Of a stretch of 64,000 nt of DNA, positions 55,365 through 64,000 are shown piece by piece. The notes beneath the pieces are model-generated. The model had not been told where the DNA came from, made no database searches, and worked only from the letters and a program-made list of their open reading frames with translations. Location of the stretch: IMG/VR virus record IMGVR_UViG_3300028410_000746; one strand, written 5' to 3'. The stretch is from a virus. Lineage: Duplodnaviria > Caudoviricetes. The position numbers and the translations under genes are program-made. Position 1 is the first letter of the stretch. Every line of letters starts with the position of its first letter.

Positions 55365-55448
55365 TCTGTGCCAAGAAGTCACATGAGCGGAATCACGTAA
55401 GTATTCGGTTTTCAAAGACTTTCAGAGTCCAGTGCCAAACAAGGTCAC
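55365..55448 (-). promoter_or_regulatory. CRISPR leader 2 (84 bp)
   Basis: Reverse complement is about 90% identical to 1629-1712. Confidence 0.85.
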
Positions 55449-55474
55449 CCTTGGGCGACACTCTCGACGTCCTT

Positions 55475-55504
55475 ATGGTAACCTTGAGGGTGGAGGCGTG
55501 TCAA
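55475..55504 (-). promoter_or_regulatory. Sigma70-type promoter of CRISPR array 2 (TTGACA-N18-TACCAT)
   Basis: Same architecture as 1553-1582; 26 bp from the leader. Confidence 0.65.
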
Positions 55505-55518
55505 GAGAAATCCCAAGC

Positions 55519-55848
55519 TCACAGCTTCCGAAGAATCGTACGTGAGGTCGCGTCCCCCACGATGGTACAAAGATCAAGCCCGACCCTCCTGAACGACCTC
55601 TGGATCTCATCGTCTGTGATGTTTTCAGGGAGCTTCCAGTCCATCTGGTCCCACATCACCTTCGAGATTTGAGCGCCTAGAGGAGTCTCCAGATCCTCTT
55701 CGCTACGGATCAGGGCGAGGTCCCCCATGAGCAACTCCAGACCTTCCTTATCGGTCTGATCTCCTGATGCCGTGTACGCGTCGTAGATGCTGGCGGCGGC
55801 GCAGTAGATGGGGTCCGTATACGTGGCGTTGGCGTAAACGTAGGACAT
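55519..55848 (-). CDS. Hypothetical early protein (MSYVYANAT...)
   Basis: AGGAG RBS behind the promoter at 55887-55915. Confidence 0.7.
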   Translation of the reverse strand: MSYVYANATYTDPIYCAAASIYDAYTASGDQTDKEGLELLMGDLALIRSEEDLETPLGAQISKVMWDQMDWKLPENITDDEIQRSFRRVGLDLCTIVGDATSRTILRKL

Positions 55849-55873
55849 GTCGTATCTCCTGTAGTGTCGGATT

Positions 55874-55915
55874 GTCTTGCACACTCTATATACCACAAGC
55901 ATGGTGGTTCGTAAA
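55874..55915 (-). promoter_or_regulatory. Early promoter cassette TTTACG-N17-TATATA with TGTGG
   Basis: 26-bp core differs by one base from 16921-16946. Confidence 0.85.
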
Positions 55916-56152
55916 AGCCATCACGCGTTGGTAGGTCTTTTGAACCTCCTCCACAAGCCTTCGACAGTAGGCTCTCTCAAGGTCAGCGTCGCTAGCCTCT
56001 GGAGGAAGATCCAAGGTCTCGTCGGACCGCAAGGCGGCGAGGAGGAGCTGGCTCGAAGGATTCTGCCTAATGTAGTGCTGGTAGAAGTCTCCAGGGACGT
56101 CGTGACTCCTCAGAGCTGCCAAGGCCTTCTTGTAGTTTTCAGAATCGGCCAT
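55886..56152 (-). CDS. Hypothetical protein (MADSENYKK...)
   Basis: GGAG RBS; 88 aa; 3' end overlaps the next promoter. Confidence 0.6.
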   Translation of the reverse strand: MADSENYKKALAALRSHDVPGDFYQHYIRQNPSSQLLLAALRSDETLDLPPEASDADLERAYCRRLVEEVQKTYQRVMAFTNHHACGI

Positions 56153-56176
56153 CCTATACTCCCAGTCGCAAGGGGC

Positions 56177-56488
56177 TCAGTTACCGGCACGAGCGATGCG
56201 CCTATGGGCGAACTCCCAGGTGGGGCGGGTCACCCGAGGCATGAGGTCCTTTGCGGCGGCGAAAAACGCCTCGAAGGCCTCTTGCCCGGAACAGTTCAAC
56301 TCTATGTCGTGGTCTTCCCACAGCTCTTCGATGATGCTCTCTCCGAACTCAGATTGGGACAGACCCTCGCCGGGGTCGAGTCGCCAGTCCGAGCACATGG
56401 CGCGGAGCCCAACGTTGGCACTCCGGTCGCTTCCTCGCACGCCGAATGCGTGCTGTATCTTCTGGATCAATTCGGCTTGGTGGTTCAT
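56177..56488 (-). CDS. Hypothetical early protein (MNHQAELIQK...)
   Basis: GAGGAG RBS behind the promoter at 56528-56556. Confidence 0.7.
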   Translation of the reverse strand: MNHQAELIQKIQHAFGVRGSDRSANVGLRAMCSDWRLDPGEGLSQSEFGESIIEELWEDHDIELNCSGQEAFEAFFAAAKDLMPRVTRPTWEFAHRRIARAGN

Positions 56489-56514
56489 GAGGTCTCCTCT
56501 CGGGTCGGTGTGTT

Positions 56515-56556
56515 GTCTTACACACTCTATATACCACAAGAGAGGTGGGAGGTAAA
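56515..56556 (-). promoter_or_regulatory. Early promoter cassette TTTACC-N17-TATATA with TGTGG
   Basis: 26-bp core identical to 16921-16946. Confidence 0.85.
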
Positions 56557-56576
56557 AAGAATCTCCCCCCGGACGT

Positions 56577-56972
56577 TCAGGCCTTGCGCCGCTCCATGGC
56601 CAGAACAGCCTCACGGTCGATGCGCTCGGACTGGCGGGCCTTGAGGTAGGCACGAGCGCGGGTCACCACTGCGAGGGTCGGGTGCTTCTTGCACGCGAAG
56701 AACAGGACCTCCACGATCACCGGGTCTTCGAGTCGCACGGTGTCGCACGCGTCGAGGACCGTCTTGGAGAGCATGAGCGTCACCAGATCCTCATCCAGGA
56801 CCTGAGGATCAAGGACCGCGCGAAGGCACAGCATCACCAGCTCACGGGGGTCTCCCAGGGCGAACTGTATCGTCGCCTCCGAGAAGTTCAAGGCGTCGGG
56901 CTTGACCATGCTCGACATGACGTCATGCAGGCTATCAGGAGAGAGGGATGCTTTGGCTCGGAGTAGTGCCAT
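56577..56972 (-). CDS. Hypothetical alpha-helical protein
   Basis: GAGG RBS; 131 aa. Confidence 0.65.
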   Translation of the reverse strand: MALLRAKASLSPDSLHDVMSSMVKPDALNFSEATIQFALGDPRELVMLCLRAVLDPQVLDEDLVTLMLSKTVLDACDTVRLEDPVIVEVLFFACKKHPTLAVVTRARAYLKARQSERIDREAVLAMERRKA

Positions 56973-57001
56973 GGGTACTTCCTCTTACTTGATTTGGTAG
57001 G

Positions 57002-57403
57002 TCAGGAGTTCTTGACAGCGGCTCGAATCAGCTTGCGCATGCCGACGACGCCCTTGATGCCCTTGCGACCGCGACACGCTGCGAAGAATCGCTCGACATG
57101 TACGGACCGGTCCTTCCCCTGCAAGGACGCACAGGCCTCGATCAAGACCTCATTGGTGAAGAGCCCCATGAGCACGGCCTGATCCGCATCCTCATCGCGC
57201 ATCAAACGCGTCGCCGCCTCCACAAGCTCCAGGGACGTCAGCTCGGGCAACGGTTGAAAGAGGTCAACCGTGCTGGTCAGAGTCTGTAGAGCTGCATGCA
57301 CCAGCGTGGCCGGAGACAGACCCGTCTTCTGCTGGAGCGAGGAGAGGAGTTGCTGCACCTCTGAGGGCAGCGTGAGAGAGACGAGAGGTTCTTTGGCAGA
57401 CAT
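57002..57403 (-). CDS. Possible ribbon-helix-helix (CopG-like) DNA-binding protein
   Basis: VSLTLPSEVQQLLSSLQQKTGLSPATLVHAAL fits the RHH pattern; promoter TTGACG-N18-TATAAG at 57475-57504. Confidence 0.5.
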   Translation of the reverse strand: MSAKEPLVSLTLPSEVQQLLSSLQQKTGLSPATLVHAALQTLTSTVDLFQPLPELTSLELVEAATRLMRDEDADQAVLMGLFTNEVLIEACASLQGKDRSVHVERFFAACRGRKGIKGVVGMRKLIRAAVKNS

Positions 57404-57510
57404 GGGCAACTCACGGCTTGAGGGAGGTTCTCAAAGGGTATCTTGCTCGGGCGGTGACCCTGCAAGTGAGACTCCTTATAGAACGCTTTACTCAAGGCCG
57501 TCAAGTGCTA

Positions 57511-60500
57511 TTAGGGGAAGTTGACAGGAGTGGTAAAGTCGATGTTGGTGTCCACGCTCGTGATGCTGTTGGCCGTGAAGATCACGGAGTCGGGCTCTCC
57601 CACCTGCGCGACGGGAGCATTGAGCGTAGCCTTGAGGTTGTTCAGGAGACTCGATCCGTAGAAGTCCGAGTACACGCTCGCCCCTCCCGTGAGAGCTTCA
57701 TCCGTCACCGCACCCAGCGCATCCTCTTCGACCACCTCACACTCGACGAGGACGGCCGCGCTCAGGCACAGGAGGTTGGCTCCTGGAGTGTTGAGCACGG
57801 TGTCCACGTCATTCAGGTGCAGGATCTGCCCACGATGGCGAAGGTAGTCGTCCTGCTCCGGGATCGTGTAGACGTCCTCGTAGGGGTCCAGGAGGGCGAT
57901 GTCGCACAGGCTGTCACACGCTGCGGAGAGGAGCCCGGTAGTCCCGAGGACAGACTCGGAGCACAGATCAAGCGATGCCAGGAAGGCGTCCGCGTCCCGT
58001 CGAAAGACGACCGTAACGCCATCCTCCGTGATCGCATAATCACCGTTCCCCAGGAGACGGTCCAGCGGGTCGTTGAGCGTGTCGTCAAACTCCTCCGTCG
58101 CTGTGAACGTCGCTTGGTGGGTGAGCGCGAACGGAGGCGTCCCCTCTCCCAGGCGGATCACCGGGCGGTTGTTCTTGAGGTACGCCTTGGTGTACGGCTT
58201 GCGATGAAAGAGAGTGACCTTGAGCGCGGTCTCCAGGTCCGTCAGCGGAGTCGCGAGCGTGATCTCGTTGGTGTCGCGGTCATAGGTGAACGTATAGCTC
58301 GTGAGACCGTCCTGAGAGGTCACTGAGAGGATGCGGTCTGCAAACATGCCGACCTGACCCACCCGCAAGATCTGGGACGTGTAGGGCGTGATCTCGACGA
58401 TCTCCGGGTCCAGGTCCTCGGTCGGCTCGGGGGAGGTGAGCGTGTTGGACTGGTTGAGGTACGCGTGGGGTAGCGTGCGCTGGTCTTCCCGCTGATTCAC
58501 GATCTCGTAGCGTACGTAGTCCCACTGAGCCTCCGTGTAGGCCTGCGGGTCAAGCGTGCCGAACTGGATGTAGCCGAAGTCCGTGTCGACCCCCTCGCGG
58601 TCCGACCTCAGGGGCAAGTCGAGGTAGGGCACTGAGAGTGCCGGCGTTGCCGATCCTCCCAGGTACACGTCCACCGTCGACGTCGTGTGGACGCGGAGAC
58701 GGACCTCCAAGAATGAGCCAAAGAACTCCGCGTCCTCCACGTCGTACTGGCTGGCGTCGAGCAGCGAACCGGACCCGGTGAGCAGGCCTACCTGACGAGG
58801 CTCGTGTGCCGCCTGATGAGCCACGAAGTAGTCGACCTCAAAGGTGCCTTGGCCGTCCAGGACACCAAAGCGTGCCGAGACGTCTGCCGACCCTGAAGCC
58901 GGAGCAACGAGCACGTCAATCAATCCCAGGTACACGCCGTCCACAAAGACCGTGAGGTTATCGCCTGTACGGACCATCTTGACGTTCTGGAGGCCTTCAA
59001 CCTGCCAGTCATAGGTGAGGCCCACAACAGACCCACCGTCCAGTACAAGCGATCCTGCGCCGTCTACGAGTACGAGCTGAGGTGTGCCGTCGTCGTACGG
59101 GGCGAGGTAGATCTCAAACTCACCATCGTCCACGCCGAATCGCAACGGACACAGGCCGTCCACATCGAGCGTGTAGTCCAGAACAGAGAACCTCGTTTGG
59201 CATACCCAGTCGGTGATTGAGCCCTTGCCCACCTCTACCGCAGACGCATCCGCGAGCACGCCGTCATGCGTGATCCGCAAGCGATGGTCTAGGTACGACA
59301 GCTCGTTGGGATCAAACGTCGAGGTGAAGCCCGCGTCCTCCGGGCTCGTCACTCCGCCGTAGCCGTACAGGAACGCGTCTCCGATGATAGGTGCGTTGTA
59401 GCCGTTGAGGTAGCCCCTGGTCGCCAGGGAGATCGGGTTGACCTGCGACCAGAAGCCTTGAGTGAGCTTGGAGAGCGTATCCGCTCCCTGGAACTGCGCT
59501 GGGGTGCCTCCGTCGAAGAGGCTCACAACGGCCTCTCGGGTCGCGTCTGCCAGCGTCACCGTGGCAGCCAAGCCGCTCGCCCACGCGCTCACGCGCACGC
59601 GGAAGCTCACCTCGTACAGGTTGGATTCCTGGATGAACGGCTCAATGCGTACCCAGTTGTAGCCTCCACCCACAAGAGGTTGCCCGGCAGACTGCGACTG
59701 CACCAGTCCTCCTGCCAGCGTCCCCGCCCACCCCTGATTCTGTGAGACATACCAGGGGGGATCGTCCGCCTCCGGAAGCACCGTCATGTCTGTATCAACC
59801 GAGACCCGACGTGCGACCTCTCGCCCTTGAGCAGGCAGGACCGAGTATCGAACGAAGTCCCAGCCCGACTCATTGACCGCGCGGCGCGAGAGCGACCCGA
59901 AGAAGACTGAGTTCTGACGCAGGAGAGAGAAGATCTCCGGTGCCACGGCCGCGTCGACTTCAGCCACGCGAGCCAGGGCCGGTGCGAAGCCGAATCCAAA
60001 GACCTCCAGGTCTCCGGTCGGGCTCTTCGCGGCGCGGTAGGAGGTCAACTGCGTGAAATCCGCTTCCACGAAGAGGTTCACAGGCCCAAGAGAAGGGAAG
60101 GCCACATCAACGGTCACGTCGTACCCGTCGACCCCTTCGTCGTCGACGTCGAGGACCGTATAGATCACGCCCTCGCTCCAGATACGCGAGCCCACGATCA
60201 AGGGAGGCTCTCCCGTGAAGCGTAGGGACGTGTTGACTCCCAGGGGAGCCTCAACCGTTGCGGTCAAGCCGCTCCAGCTCTCCGCCAGGGTCTCATCCCC
60301 GGCTGACGTCAGCACTCCCACCGTACGGAAAGAGCCAGACAGCTCCAGGAAACCGGTCAGGTAGGCCCTCTCGGTGTCTGCCCAGCCCGCTCCGAGCCCC
60401 GTAAAGACTCCATCTGCCGTGTAGCTCAAGACACGCGTGCGCCAGTTGAGCGTTGAGGTCTGCTCAAAGGTCAGGTCGAGGACGCGGCGAAAGAGAGAGG

Positions 60501-61341
60501 CGAGCCCCTGAGAGTTGTCCACTCCTGTAGACACGTCCTCGATGATGTAGAGGCTGTCTGGCGAGGTGAACGCAGGCGCGCCGAGCGTGGGGCCCGTATA
60601 GGTGAAACCCTCCGGGTGGTCGTCACCCTCAAAGAACACGGCCGTGGGGAGCGTGTTTCGCTGGAACGGAGGCAAGGAGCCACGAAAAGACGGCTCGTTG
60701 AGCACGAGAGACGTGGGATCGTTCAGGACAGCGCTGTACTCATAGTCAAACGCCGTCCACTGGTGACCGATCACCTGCGGCTGGGGTGCTTCGTAGGGCG
60801 CCAGGACCGTCTGGAAGGGGAACGGGTGGCCTTGGGCGTTGGAGCCGTACTGGTTGAGCAGGTAGTTCGAGTTGTTGAGCGCTGCGAATGGGATGGTCGG
60901 GTTAGAGACGTAGCTGTAGTCGAGCAGGACCACATCCCCCGGATCAAGCAGGTCATCCAGGACGATGATACCGGCCACCGGGTCTACAGCGAAGACCACG
61001 ACCTCCACGCCATTGACCTGGACAGTCACGTCCTCGATGTCTGCAAGCTCACCGGAGCCGTCCCCCGTCGTCAAGGGGCCAAACTCGGTATAGATCAGCG
61101 TCGTCTCGAACGGCGTGATCGGCCCTCGGGAGATCAAGTACCCCGAGGTCGCCACGCTCATGAGGTCAACGTTCGCCCAGACACCACGTGTAGGCAGAGA
61201 GGACCCCAGGGGCCCCGCGTTGAAGACCTCAACCGGAATCAGGGCCGCGAGCCCGGAGTCGGTCGCGGAGATCTTGGCCGCCGCCCCTTGCGGATTTGGC
61301 CTACGGTGGACCGTAGGGAAACTAAACGTCAAATCACTCAC
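57511..61341 (-). CDS. Large tail/baseplate structural protein with beta-sandwich (lectin-like) domains
   Basis: 1276 aa, beta-rich and acidic; ATGA-coupled to the upstream fibre gene. Confidence 0.7.
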   Translation of the reverse strand: MSDLTFSFPTVHRRPNPQGAAAKISATDSGLAALIPVEVFNAGPLGSSLPTRGVWANVDLMSVATSGYLISRGPITPFETTLIYTEFGPLTTGDGSGELADIEDVTVQVNGVEVVVFAVDPVAGIIVLDDLLDPGDVVLLDYSYVSNPTIPFAALNNSNYLLNQYGSNAQGHPFPFQTVLAPYEAPQPQVIGHQWTAFDYEYSAVLNDPTSLVLNEPSFRGSLPPFQRNTLPTAVFFEGDDHPEGFTYTGPTLGAPAFTSPDSLYIIEDVSTGVDNSQGLASLFRRVLDLTFEQTSTLNWRTRVLSYTADGVFTGLGAGWADTERAYLTGFLELSGSFRTVGVLTSAGDETLAESWSGLTATVEAPLGVNTSLRFTGEPPLIVGSRIWSEGVIYTVLDVDDEGVDGYDVTVDVAFPSLGPVNLFVEADFTQLTSYRAAKSPTGDLEVFGFGFAPALARVAEVDAAVAPEIFSLLRQNSVFFGSLSRRAVNESGWDFVRYSVLPAQGREVARRVSVDTDMTVLPEADDPPWYVSQNQGWAGTLAGGLVQSQSAGQPLVGGGYNWVRIEPFIQESNLYEVSFRVRVSAWASGLAATVTLADATREAVVSLFDGGTPAQFQGADTLSKLTQGFWSQVNPISLATRGYLNGYNAPIIGDAFLYGYGGVTSPEDAGFTSTFDPNELSYLDHRLRITHDGVLADASAVEVGKGSITDWVCQTRFSVLDYTLDVDGLCPLRFGVDDGEFEIYLAPYDDGTPQLVLVDGAGSLVLDGGSVVGLTYDWQVEGLQNVKMVRTGDNLTVFVDGVYLGLIDVLVAPASGSADVSARFGVLDGQGTFEVDYFVAHQAAHEPRQVGLLTGSGSLLDASQYDVEDAEFFGSFLEVRLRVHTTSTVDVYLGGSATPALSVPYLDLPLRSDREGVDTDFGYIQFGTLDPQAYTEAQWDYVRYEIVNQREDQRTLPHAYLNQSNTLTSPEPTEDLDPEIVEITPYTSQILRVGQVGMFADRILSVTSQDGLTSYTFTYDRDTNEITLATPLTDLETALKVTLFHRKPYTKAYLKNNRPVIRLGEGTPPFALTHQATFTATEEFDDTLNDPLDRLLGNGDYAITEDGVTVVFRRDADAFLASLDLCSESVLGTTGLLSAACDSLCDIALLDPYEDVYTIPEQDDYLRHRGQILHLNDVDTVLNTPGANLLCLSAAVLVECEVVEEDALGAVTDEALTGGASVYSDFYGSSLLNNLKATLNAPVAQVGEPDSVIFTANSITSVDTNIDFTTPVNFP

Positions 61342-62426
61342 GGCTCACGTACCATCGTGTAAGAGGTCAACTGGTTGTCGGGATTGTAGACCGCCACGAT
61401 CGTGTAGGTCTCCGAGACGTTGGTATCCGCCAGCACGTCGGCCCTTGAGGGGTACAGTCTCACCGTCGCCCCCGTCAAGTTGTTGCTGCCGTCGTACGTC
61501 TGCCCCGTCAAGCTGAAGTTCTCATGGGTGAGTCCCAGGATGCGCGTCGTCGCCTCCGTGATCGCATCCACCTTCCCATCAAGGGCCGTGACGTCACCCT
61601 GAAGCGTCGTCACGTCCGTAGTCAGCGTCCCAACGTTCGTAGTCAGCGTGCTGACGTCTGTTGAGATCGCGGCTACGTCCGTTGAGAGCGTCCCCAGGTC
61701 CGTACCGGTGTTGGCACTCAAGACCTGCAAGGAGTCTGTGAGCGTATCAAAGCCCGCGCCTTGGATGTCCGTGACCTCCAGCGCGAGAGCATCGACCTTC
61801 CCATCGGTCGTGGCGATGTCCAGAAGAGCCGTGTCGACGTTGCCGTCCACGACTGCGAGATCTGAGGTCAGAGTGTCGACCTTGCCGTCCGTGGTCGCAA
61901 GGTTCGTGAGGACTGTATCGACCTTGCCGTCCGTAGTCGCAATGTCCGTGAGGACCGTAGCGATGTCCGTGAGGACCGTATCGACCTTACCATCGGTAGT
62001 CGCGAGGTCAGTGAGGAGGGTATCAACGTTGGCATCCACGACCGCAAGATCGGTGAGGACCGTATCGACCTTACCATCCGTGGTCGCAACCTGAGCGCTC
62101 ACGTCGTCCAGGACGTTGGCGGCGATGCTCGCGGAGAGGTTGTACTGGTCGAAGGTGCCCAGAGCCAGAGGGTCCTTGAAGGAGATCACCAGGAGGCCGA
62201 GCGTGTCGGTCTCCCCGGCTCCCAGATCCACGGCGTAAATCCCCGGCATGTTGGCCGCGCTCAGCTCCGTGAAGTTGAGACCCGTCAAAGCAAACGCAGC
62301 CGGGACGCCTCCGTCCTTGGATACGTAGGCCTCCACGTCTGTGTCGGTGAGCCCCGTTACAGACGTGCCGCCTGCTGCCAGAATGATCACCACAGTCGCG
62401 GCGGTGGATTGCTTAAGCTGAAGCAT
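61338..62426 (-). CDS. Fibre-like protein with heptad repeats (TDGKVDT)
   Basis: 14-aa and 7-aa repeats; C-terminal domain shared with the upstream gene. Confidence 0.75.
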   Translation of the reverse strand: MLQLKQSTAATVVIILAAGGTSVTGLTDTDVEAYVSKDGGVPAAFALTGLNFTELSAANMPGIYAVDLGAGETDTLGLLVISFKDPLALGTFDQYNLSASIAANVLDDVSAQVATTDGKVDTVLTDLAVVDANVDTLLTDLATTDGKVDTVLTDIATVLTDIATTDGKVDTVLTNLATTDGKVDTLTSDLAVVDGNVDTALLDIATTDGKVDALALEVTDIQGAGFDTLTDSLQVLSANTGTDLGTLSTDVAAISTDVSTLTTNVGTLTTDVTTLQGDVTALDGKVDAITEATTRILGLTHENFSLTGQTYDGSNNLTGATVRLYPSRADVLADTNVSETYTIVAVYNPDNQLTSYTMVREP

Positions 62427-62443
62427 AGAGGCTCCTCAAGAGT

Positions 62444-64000
62444 TCAGGCGCGGCGGATAGAGTAATCATCGAGTCGGTTGGACACGTCATACACAGCCTC
62501 AAGTACGTAGGAGGCGATCGCGTTCGTCTCGTTGGCCACGTCTACAGCGGTGGGATAGGTGCGGATCGTGGCACCGATGAGGTTACCTGAGCCATCATAC
62601 GCGTGGTCCGTGATCCTAATGTTCTCCTGGCTGAGTCCCAGGATGCGAGTAATGAGGATCTGAATCTCCCCAAGGTCCGTCGAGATCGCCCCAACGTCCG
62701 TGGTCAGGGTCCCAACGTCCGTGGTCAGCGTTCCCACATCGGTTGAGATCGTTCCTACCTCCGTGGTCAGCGTCCCCACATCCGTGGAGAGCGTCCCCAC
62801 GTCTGTTGAGATCGCCGTCACATCACCCTGAACGGCGGTGAGGTCCGTCTGAACCGTCCCCACATCCGTGGAGAGCGTCGAGATCGCCGTGGACTGCGTG
62901 TCCGCGCCGTCACTCAGGATCTTGAGCGAGTCTGTCGCCGTGTTGAAGCCCGCACCCTGTATGTCCGTCAAGGCGTCCGTAACGGGGGAAAGATCCACCG
63001 CAGCACCTGACGTGACCCGATAGCGCAGGGTCACGGGATCTATCGCCGCCGAGAGTGCGTCAATGCGCAGGATGTAGACGTCACCATCGGACTGTCCCGT
63101 GGCCCATAGCACTCCGTTGGCGCCATCAATCGAGTCCAGATCCGCGACGGGAGGTCCTGCCGTGATCGCATCCACTACGCCCGAAGACTGCCACGTCGTG
63201 CCGCCATCCTGCGTATACAAGACCACCCCCGCAGCTCCCACGACCCACGCCTGCGTGGTCGACACCGCGATCACCCCGTTGAGGGTAGTCGCCACTCCGG
63301 AGGTTTGAGCGCTGAAGCTCGCGCCTCCGTCCACCGTCTTGAAGATCTGCCCGTTCTGCCCCACGACCCAACCCGTCAAGGTACCAGACACGAAGTCCAC
63401 GTCGGTAAGAATGTCTGTGGTTGGCATGGGGACTGTCGCCCACGACGCACCCGAGTCATCACTGCGAATCGCGAATCCGTCCGTGGTGCCATCGTTACCA
63501 ACTGCCAGGATGGTCCCGGAGAGCTGAGCATCAATGCCCGTGAAGAACTGGCCGAAGGAACCCAAATCCCCTTCATTGTAGAGCACGACCTGGAGGTTCG
63601 CATTCACCGTTCGATCGACGACGACCACGTTACCTCCCGCGACTCCATAGAAGAGCTGCGTAGAGGGCGCGGCCATGTCTCGAATTGACGCGAAGACCGC
63701 AAACGAATCCTCCGTGGCGAGATCAAAGTTAGCTCCTGCGTCGTCTGAGAACGAAATGTAAGGCTGGCCCGAGTCCTCCCCGCCTACCAGGAGGAAGTCC
63801 GTACCAGGGACACCCTGAACACAACGGTCCGTGAAGTTGACCCCCCCAAGGCTTGTCCAGGCCGTACCGCCATTGATAGTCGAGATAACCTCTCCACCTC
63901 CAAAGCCGTTGCCCCTCGCGATGTACGCGACCGTATTGGAGACCGCGTACACGCCATTGCCTGAATCCTCCACGCCCCCAGGATCGGACTGCTGCTCCGC
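62444..64000 (-). CDS. Fibre-like protein with BNR/Ycf48-type beta-propeller and heptad repeats (5'-truncated by the window edge)
   Basis: STINGGTAW, SDDSGASW, TVDGGASF and TQDGGTTW Asp-box repeats; frame stays open to 64000. Confidence 0.8.
   Translation of the reverse strand, partial: AEQQSDPGGVEDSGNGVYAVSNTVAYIARGNGFGGGEVISTINGGTAWTSLGGVNFTDRCVQGVPGTDFLLVGGEDSGQPYISFSDDAGANFDLATEDSFAVFASIRDMAAPSTQLFYGVAGGNVVVVDRTVNANLQVVLYNEGDLGSFGQFFTGIDAQLSGTILAVGNDGTTDGFAIRSDDSGASWATVPMPTTDILTDVDFVSGTLTGWVVGQNGQIFKTVDGGASFSAQTSGVATTLNGVIAVSTTQAWVVGAAGVVLYTQDGGTTWQSSGVVDAITAGPPVADLDSIDGANGVLWATGQSDGDVYILRIDALSAAIDPVTLRYRVTSGAAVDLSPVTDALTDIQGAGFNTATDSLKILSDGADTQSTAISTLSTDVGTVQTDLTAVQGDVTAISTDVGTLSTDVGTLTTEVGTISTDVGTLTTDVGTLTTDVGAISTDLGEIQILITRILGLSQENIRITDHAYDGSGNLIGATIRTYPTAVDVANETNAIASYVLEAVYDVSNRLDDYSIRRA

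Noticed and set aside
54822-55415. N-terminal extension of ORF 54171-55112 and ORFs 54898-55374 and 55005-55268
   Set aside because: They run through CRISPR array 2; the real start with an RBS is at 54821.
16859-56653. Recurring peptide LWYIECVR in ORFs 16859-17104, 55710-55898 and 56177-56653
   Set aside because: It is the translation of the repeated promoter core, not a protein family.
61338-62650. Diversity-generating retroelement suggested by the duplicated C-terminal domains
   Set aside because: No reverse transcriptase in the window, and the differences are not adenine-specific; ordinary paralogy explains it.
1-64000. cas genes, tRNA, rRNA, integrase or transposase
   Set aside because: No Cas1/2/3/5/6/7 motifs, cloverleafs or recombinase motifs were recognised by eye. 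HMM searches and tRNAscan are needed to be certain.

Overview
This window is a 64-kb piece of a GC-rich, large tailed (myovirus-like, probably jumbo) bacteriophage genome, not a cellular chromosome. It contains: (i) baseplate genes (gp25-like wedge, baseplate J-like, gpI-like; 4973-10892); (ii) a long minus-strand tail, fibre and tailspike region (40076-54821 and 57511-64000); (iii) a replication block with SNF2 helicase, degenerate DnaC-like loader, intein-containing DnaB, stand-alone primase Zn finger and family A DNA polymerase; (iv) a Ycf46 AAA+ / DUF1257 / DUF2997-like trio; (v) auxiliary genes (IF-1, PhoH, zeta-toxin-like kinase, PrpE-like phosphoesterase); and (vi) clusters of small genes behind repeated T4-early-like promoter cassettes. 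Two features stand out. First, two Cas-less type I-E-like CRISPR arrays (10 and 7 repeats) in inverted orientation share an 84-bp leader and a sigma70-type promoter architecture. Second, a complete two-component system (single-domain receiver plus soluble PAS histidine kinase) is translationally coupled inside a cluster of holin-like and envelope genes. No cas, tRNA or rRNA genes were seen. All family assignments come from motif recognition by eye; no database searches were run.
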